Shown here piece by piece: positions 58,040-64,000 of a stretch of DNA of 64,000 bases. Source of the stretch: Ranitomeya imitator (Eukaryota). Numbering within the stretch: position 1 is the stretch's first letter; each line of letters begins with the position of its first letter. Below the pieces are notes generated by a model, which had not been told where the DNA came from, did not search any database, and saw only the letters and a program-made list of their open reading frames with translations. The DNA lies in assembly GCF_032444005.1 (NCBI RefSeq), contig NC_091283.1, positions 38,192,001 through 38,256,000 of the forward strand, written 5' to 3'. A program made the translations under genes and the position numbers.

Positions 58040-60424
58040 AACATAGTAACATAGTTAGTAAGGCCGAAAAAAGACATTTGTCCATCCAGTTCAGCCTATA
58101 TTCCATCATAATAAATCCCCAGATCTACGTCCTTCTACAGAACCTAATTGTATGATACAATATTGTTCTGCTCCAGGAAGACATCCATGCCTCTCTTGAA
58201 CCCCTCGACTGAGTTCGCCATCACCACCTCCTCAGGCAAGCAATTCCAGATTCTCACTGCCCTAACAGTAAAGAATCCTCTTCTATGTTGGTGGAAAAAC
58301 CTTCTCTCCTCCAGACGCAAAGAATGCCCCCTTGTGCCCGTCACCTTCCTTGGTATAAACAGATCCTCAGCGAGATATTTGTATTGTCCCCTTATATACT
58401 TATACATGGTTATTAGATCGCCCCTCAGTCGTCTTTTTTCTAGACTAAATAATCCTAATTTCGCTAATCTATCTGGGTATTGTAGTTCTCCCATCCCCTT
58501 TATTAATTTTGTTGCCCTCCTTTGTACTCTCTCTAGTTCCATTATATCCTTCCTGAGCACCGGTGACCAAAACTGGACACAGTACTCCATGTGCGGTCTA
58601 ACTAGGGATTTGTACAGAGGCAGTATAATGCTCTCATCATGTGTATCCAGACCTCTTTTAATGCACCCCATGATCCTGTTTGCCTTGGCAGCTGCTGCCT
58701 GGCACTGGCTGCTCCAGGTAAGTTTATCATTAACTAGGATCCCCAAGTCCTTCTCCCTGTCAGATTTACCCAGTGGTTTCCCATTCAGTGTGTAATGGTG
58801 ATATTGATTCCTTCTTCCCATGTGTATAACCTTACATTTATCATTGTTAAACCTCATCTGCCACCTTTCAGCCCAAGTTTCCAACTTATCCAGATCCATC
58901 TGTAGCAGAATACTATCTTCTCTTGTAGTAACTGCTTTACATAGTTTTGTATCATCTGCAAATATCGATATTTTACTGTGTAAACCTTCTACCAGATCAT
59001 TAATGAATATGTTGAAGAGAACAGGTCCCAATACTGACCCCTGCGGTACCCCACTGGTCACAGCGACCCAGTTAGAGACTATACCATTTATAACCACCCT
59101 CTGCTTTCTATCACTAAGCCAGTTACTAACCCATTTACACACATTTTCCCCCAGACCAAGCATTCTCATTTTGTGTACCAACCTCTTGTGCGGCACGGTA
59201 TCAAACGCTTTGGAAAAATCGAGATATACCACGTCCAAAGACTCACCGTGGTCCAGCCTATAGCTTACCTCTTCATAAAAACTGATTAGATTGGTTTGAC
59301 AGGAGCGATTTCTCATAAACCCATGCTGATATGGAGTTAAACAGTTATTCTCATTGAGATAATCCAGAATAACATCCCTCAGAAACCCTTCAAATATTTT
59401 ACCAACAATAGAGGTTAGACTTACTGGCCTATAATTTCCAGGTTCACTTTTAGAGCCCTTTTTGAATATTGGCACCACATTTGCTATGCGCCAATCCTGC
59501 GGAACAGACCCTGTCGCTATAGAGTCCCTAAAAATAAGAAATAATGGTTTATCTATTACATTACTTAGTTCTCTTAGTACTCGTGGGTGTATGCCATCCG
59601 GACCCGGAGATTTATCTATTTTAATCTTATTTAGCCGGTTTCGCACCTCTTCTTGGGTTAGATTGGTGACCCTTAATATAGGGTTTTCATTGTTTCTTGG
59701 GATTTCACCTAGCATTTCATTTTCCACCGTGAATACCGTGGAGAAGAAGGTGTTTAATATGTTAGCTTTTTCCTCGTCATCTACAACCATTCTTTCCTCA
59801 CTATTTTTTAAGGGGCCTACATTTTCAGTTTTTATTCTTTTACTATTGATATAGTTGAAGAACAGTTTGGGATTAGTTTTACTCTCCTTAGCAATGTGCT
59901 TCTCTGTTTCCTTTTTGGCAGCTTTAATTAGTTTTTTAGATAAAGTATTTTTCTCCCTATAGTTTTTTAGAGCTTCAATGGTGCCATCCTGCTTTAGTAT
60001 TGCAAATGCTTTCTTTTTACTGTTAATTGCCTGTCTTACTTCTTTGTTTAGCCACATTGGGTTTTTTCTATTTCTAGTCCTTTTATTCCCACAAGGTATA
60101 AACCGCTTACACTGCCTATTTAGGATGTTCTTAAACATTTCCCATTTATTATCTGTATTCTTATTTCTGAGGATATTGTCCCAGTCTACCAGATTAAGGG
60201 CATCTCTAAGCTGGTCAAACTTTGCCTTCCTAAAGTTCAGTGTTTTTGTGACTCCCTGACAAGTCCCCCTAGTGAAAGACAGGTGAAACTGTACAATATT
60301 GTGGTCGCTATTTCCTAGATGCCCGACCACCTGCAGATTTGTTATTCTGTCAGGTCTATTAGATAGTATTAGGTCTAAAAGTGCTGCTCCTCTGGTTGGA
60401 TTCTGCACCAATTGTGAAAGATAA
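58040..60424 (-). mobile_element. 5'-truncated CR1 LINE inserted in the Gypsy 3 LTR
   Basis: Open frame at 58144-60411 with the end of the endonuclease (LDLILSN, SDHN) and RT (PGPDG, LDFSKAFD, GVPQGSVLGP, FADD); 3' (AACATAGT)n-type tail. Confidence 0.95.
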
Positions 60425-61259
60425 TTTTTTTTTTTTTGTCATCAGCTGCCTCCACTTATCGTCTCTTCTGCTCGGCTATTTAAGTCTGGCTCTATCTCCA
60501 GCCAGTGCCACTTGTAAATGGTTCCTGGTTGGATTCACATCTCTTTGGAGTTCCCTGTTATCCTGACCAGTTCAGCTAAGCTAAGTTTTTGCTTGCCCTT
60601 TTCTGTCCATAGATTGTGGACTTATCCATTCTGTGCTTTCTATGTTTGTCCAGCTTATCAGTGTAAATTAATTCTGTCTTGCTGGAAGCTCTGGGAGGCA
60701 GATTTGCCCTCCACACCTTTAGTCAGGTGTGGAGATTTTTTGTAAACTCTGCGTGGATTTTTGTAGTGTTTTATACTGACCACACAGTATTCCATCCTGT
60801 CCTATCTATTTAGTTAGACTGGCCTCCTGTGCTCATCCTGCTTTCATTCTGTGTATGTCTTTTCCCTCTCCACTCACAGTCATTATTTGTGGGGGGCTAA
60901 TCTATCCTTTGGGGATTTTCTCTGAGGCAAGATAGCTTTCCAGCTTCTATCTTTAGGGGTAGTTAGCTTTTAGGCTGCGACGAGGTGCCTAGGGAGAGTT
61001 AGGAGCATTCCACGGCTACTTCTAGTGTTGTGTTGAGCTTAGGGACTGCGGTCAGTACAGTTACCACTTCCTTCAGAGCTCGTTCCATGTTGCTCCTAGA
61101 CCACCGTATCATAACAGTACAAGTGGCCAAAAATGAATTAAATGCATCTCAAAAGAAGGAAAAGAAAGTTCTGAACCATTTTTTTTTCTGTGCTCTAGTT
61201 TGTCTTTTTTTTTTTCTTTTCCTCTTGATATCTGGGTGGTTCAGGATATATGCTTTGGC

Positions 61260-64000
61260 ATGGATGTTCAGGGTTTGTTTTCTCGTGTGGATCAACTTGC
61301 TGCAAGAGTACAGAGTATCCAGGACTATGTTGTCCAGACTCCGGCTTTAGAGCCCAGAATTCCTACTCCTGATTTGTTTTTTGGGGACAGATCCAAGTTT
61401 TTGAACTTTAAAAATAACTGCAAATTGTTTTTTGCTTTGAAACCCCTTTCTTCTGGTGATCCCATTCAGCAAGTAAAAACCATCATATCCTTGCTGCGTG
61501 GTGACCCTCAAGACTGGGCTTTTTCTCTTGAAACAGGGGATCCGGCATTATTGAATGTAGATGCATTTTTTCAAGCGCTCGGATTATTGTATGACGAACC
61601 TAATTCTGTGGATCATGTGGAAAAAACCCTGTTGGCCTTGTGTCAAGGTCAGGAAGCGGCAGAGTTATACTGCCAGAAATTTAGAAAATGGTCTGTGCTC
61701 ACTAAATGGAATGAAGAGGCTCTGGCTGCTATTTTCAGAAAAGGTCTTTCTGAAACCCTTAAAGATGTTATGGTGGGCTTTCCTACGCCTGCCGGTTTGA
61801 GCGAATCTATGTCTCTAGCCATTCAGATTGATCGGCGTCTGCGCGAGCGCAAAGCTGTGCACCGTATGGCAGTATCCTCTGAGCAAAGTCCTGAACCTAT
61901 GCAATGTGATAGGATTTTGACTAGAATAGAACAGCAGGAATTCAGACATCAGAATAGGCTGTGTTTTTACTGTGGTGATTCGGCTCATGTTATCTCTGAT
62001 TGCCCTAAGCGTACTAAGAGAGTCGCTAGGTCTGTTACCATTAGTACAATACAGCCTAAATTTCTCTTATCTGTGACCCTCATTTGCTCATTGTCGTCCT
62101 TTTCTGTCATGGCATTTGTGGATTCAGGCGCTGCCCTGAACTTAATGGACTTAGAATTCGCCAGGCGCTGTGGTTTTTCCTTGCAGCCTTTGCAGAGCCC
62201 TATTTCTTTGAGGGGCATTGATGCTACACCCTTGGCCAAGGATAAACCTCAGTACTGGACACAGATGACTATGTACATGGCTCCTGCACATCAGGAAGAT
62301 TGCCGTTTTTTGGTGTTGCATAACCTGCATGATGTTGTTGTACTGGGATTTCCATGGTTACAGGAACATAATCCGGTGCTGGATTGGAAAACTATGTCGG
62401 TGACTAGTTGGGGTTGTCGAGGAGTACATAGTGACGTTCCTTTGATGTCAATTTCCTCTTCCCACTCTTCTGAGGTCCCTGAGTTTTTGTCGGATTTCCA
62501 GGATGTATTTGATGAGCCCAAGTCCAGTTCCCTTCCTCCGCACAGGGACCGTGATTGTGCTATTAACTTGATTCCTAGTTGTAAGTTCCCTAAGGGGCGA
62601 CTTTTCAATCTGTCTGTGCCAGAGCATGCCGCCATGCGGAGCTATGTTAAGGAATCTTTGGAGAAAGGGCATATTCGGCCCTCTTCGTCACCATTTGGAG
62701 CGGGTTTCTTTTCTGTTGCTAAGAAGGATGGCTCCTTGAGACCCTGTATTGATTATCGTCTTCTTAATAAGATCACGGTCAAATTCCAATACCCCTTGCC
62801 TTTGCTTACTGATTTGTTTGCTCGGATTAAGGGAGCTAGTTGGTTTACTAAGATTGACCTCCGAGGGGCATATAATCTTGTTCGTATTAAACAGGGTGAC
62901 GAATGGAAAACTGCATTTAATACGCCCGAAGGCCATTTTGAATACCTTGTGATGCCATTTGGGCTCTCTAATGCTCCATCTGTGTTCCAGTCTTTCATGC
63001 ATGATATTTTCCGCAATTATCTTGATAAATTCATGGTCGTATATTTGGATGATATTTTGATTTTTTCCGATGATTGGGAGTCTCATGTGAAGCAGGTCAG
63101 GATGGTGTTCCAGATCCTTCGTGATAATGCTTTATTTGTGAAGGGGTCTAAGTGCCTATTCGGAGTTCAGAAGGTCTCTTTTTTGGGTTTTATTTTTTCT
63201 CCCTTGTCTATAGAAATGGATCCTGTTAAGGTCCAAGCTATTCATGACTGGATCCAACCCACATCTGTGAAGGGTCTTCAAAAATGTTTGGGTTTTGCTA
63301 ATTTCTATCGCCGTTTCATTGGCAACTTTTCCAGTGTGGTTAAGCCCCTTATTGATTTGACGAAGAAAGGCGCTGATGTGACGAATTGGTCCTCTGAGGC
63401 TGTTGAGGCCTTTCAGGAGCTTAAACGCCGATTTACTTCTGCCCCGTGTTGCGTCAACCGGATGTTTCTCTTCCTTTTCAGGTTGAGGTCGACGCTTCTG
63501 AGATTGGGGCAGGGGCCGTTTTGTCTCAGAGGGAGTCTGATGGTTCTTTGATGAAACCGTGTGCTTTTTTTTCCAGAAAGTTTTCGCCTGCGGAACGCAA
63601 TTATGATGTCGGCAATCGAGAGTTGTTGGCTATGAAGTGGGCGTTTGAGGAGTGGCGACATTGGCTTGAGGGAGCTAAACACCGTGTTGTGGTCCTGACC
63701 GATCATAAGAATCTGATTTACCTCGAGTCGGCCAAGCGGCTGAATCCTAGACAGGCTCGACGGTCCCTGTTTTTCTCCCGTTTTGACTTTGTGGTCTCGT
63801 ATCTTCCGGGATCTAAGAATGTTAAGGCTGATGCCCTCTCTAGGAGTTTTTCGCCTGATTCTCCTGGAGTCCTTGAGCCGGTTGGCATTCTTAAGGAGGG
63901 GGTGATTCTTTCTGCTATCTCCCCTGATTTGTGGCGGGTGCTTCGGGAATTTCAGGCTGATAGGCCTGACCGCTGTCCAGTGGGGAAGCTGTTTGTTCCT
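61260..64000 (+). pseudogene. Gypsy 3 gag-pol, frameshifted near 63445
   Basis: ATG at 61260. The frame diverges at gccccgtgttg, where elements 1 and 2 have gcccctgtgttg (1-nt deletion); RNase H sequence continues in another frame. Confidence 0.9.

Larger units (their letters stand above)
57921..64000 (+). mobile_element. Gypsy/chromovirus retrotransposon 3 (runs off the window); 5' LTR at 57921-61116 is split by a CR1
   Basis: TGTTGTGAATT start and ...ATAACA end; internal region homologous to elements 1 and 2. Confidence 0.95.

Overview
Repeat-dominated vertebrate DNA with three N-gaps; the transposon families point to a frog (inferred, not verified). The ORF track misses two spliced + strand genes for single-pass immunoglobulin-superfamily-type receptors, reconstructed here by hand from splice sites and phases. 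Gene A (only its 3' part is in the window) has a transmembrane (TM) exon at 662-772, a 23-bp exon at 11525-11547 and a last exon at 13617-13778 with two ITIMs (LQYAEI, VTYCAV), so it looks inhibitory. Gene B has a leader exon at 23842-23905, a short V-type Ig exon at 26644-26865 lacking the second Cys, and a TM/stop exon at 36823-36926 with an intramembrane Arg and a 4-residue tail, so it looks activating (NKp30/XMIV-like). Together they resemble a paired immune receptor cluster. The rest is mobile DNA: an 8-kb hAT transposon, a TTAA-flanked piggyBac-like element carrying telomere-like repeats, three chromodomain Gypsy (Tf1/sushi-type) retrotransposons with co-varying self-priming sites, an intact full-length L1, CR1 and Tc1 fragments, a Penelope-like remnant with a hammerhead ribozyme motif, several MITEs, a solo LTR and several mini/satellites. 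There is no CRISPR array, rRNA or tRNA. All coordinates and alignments were done by eye; no database searches were run.
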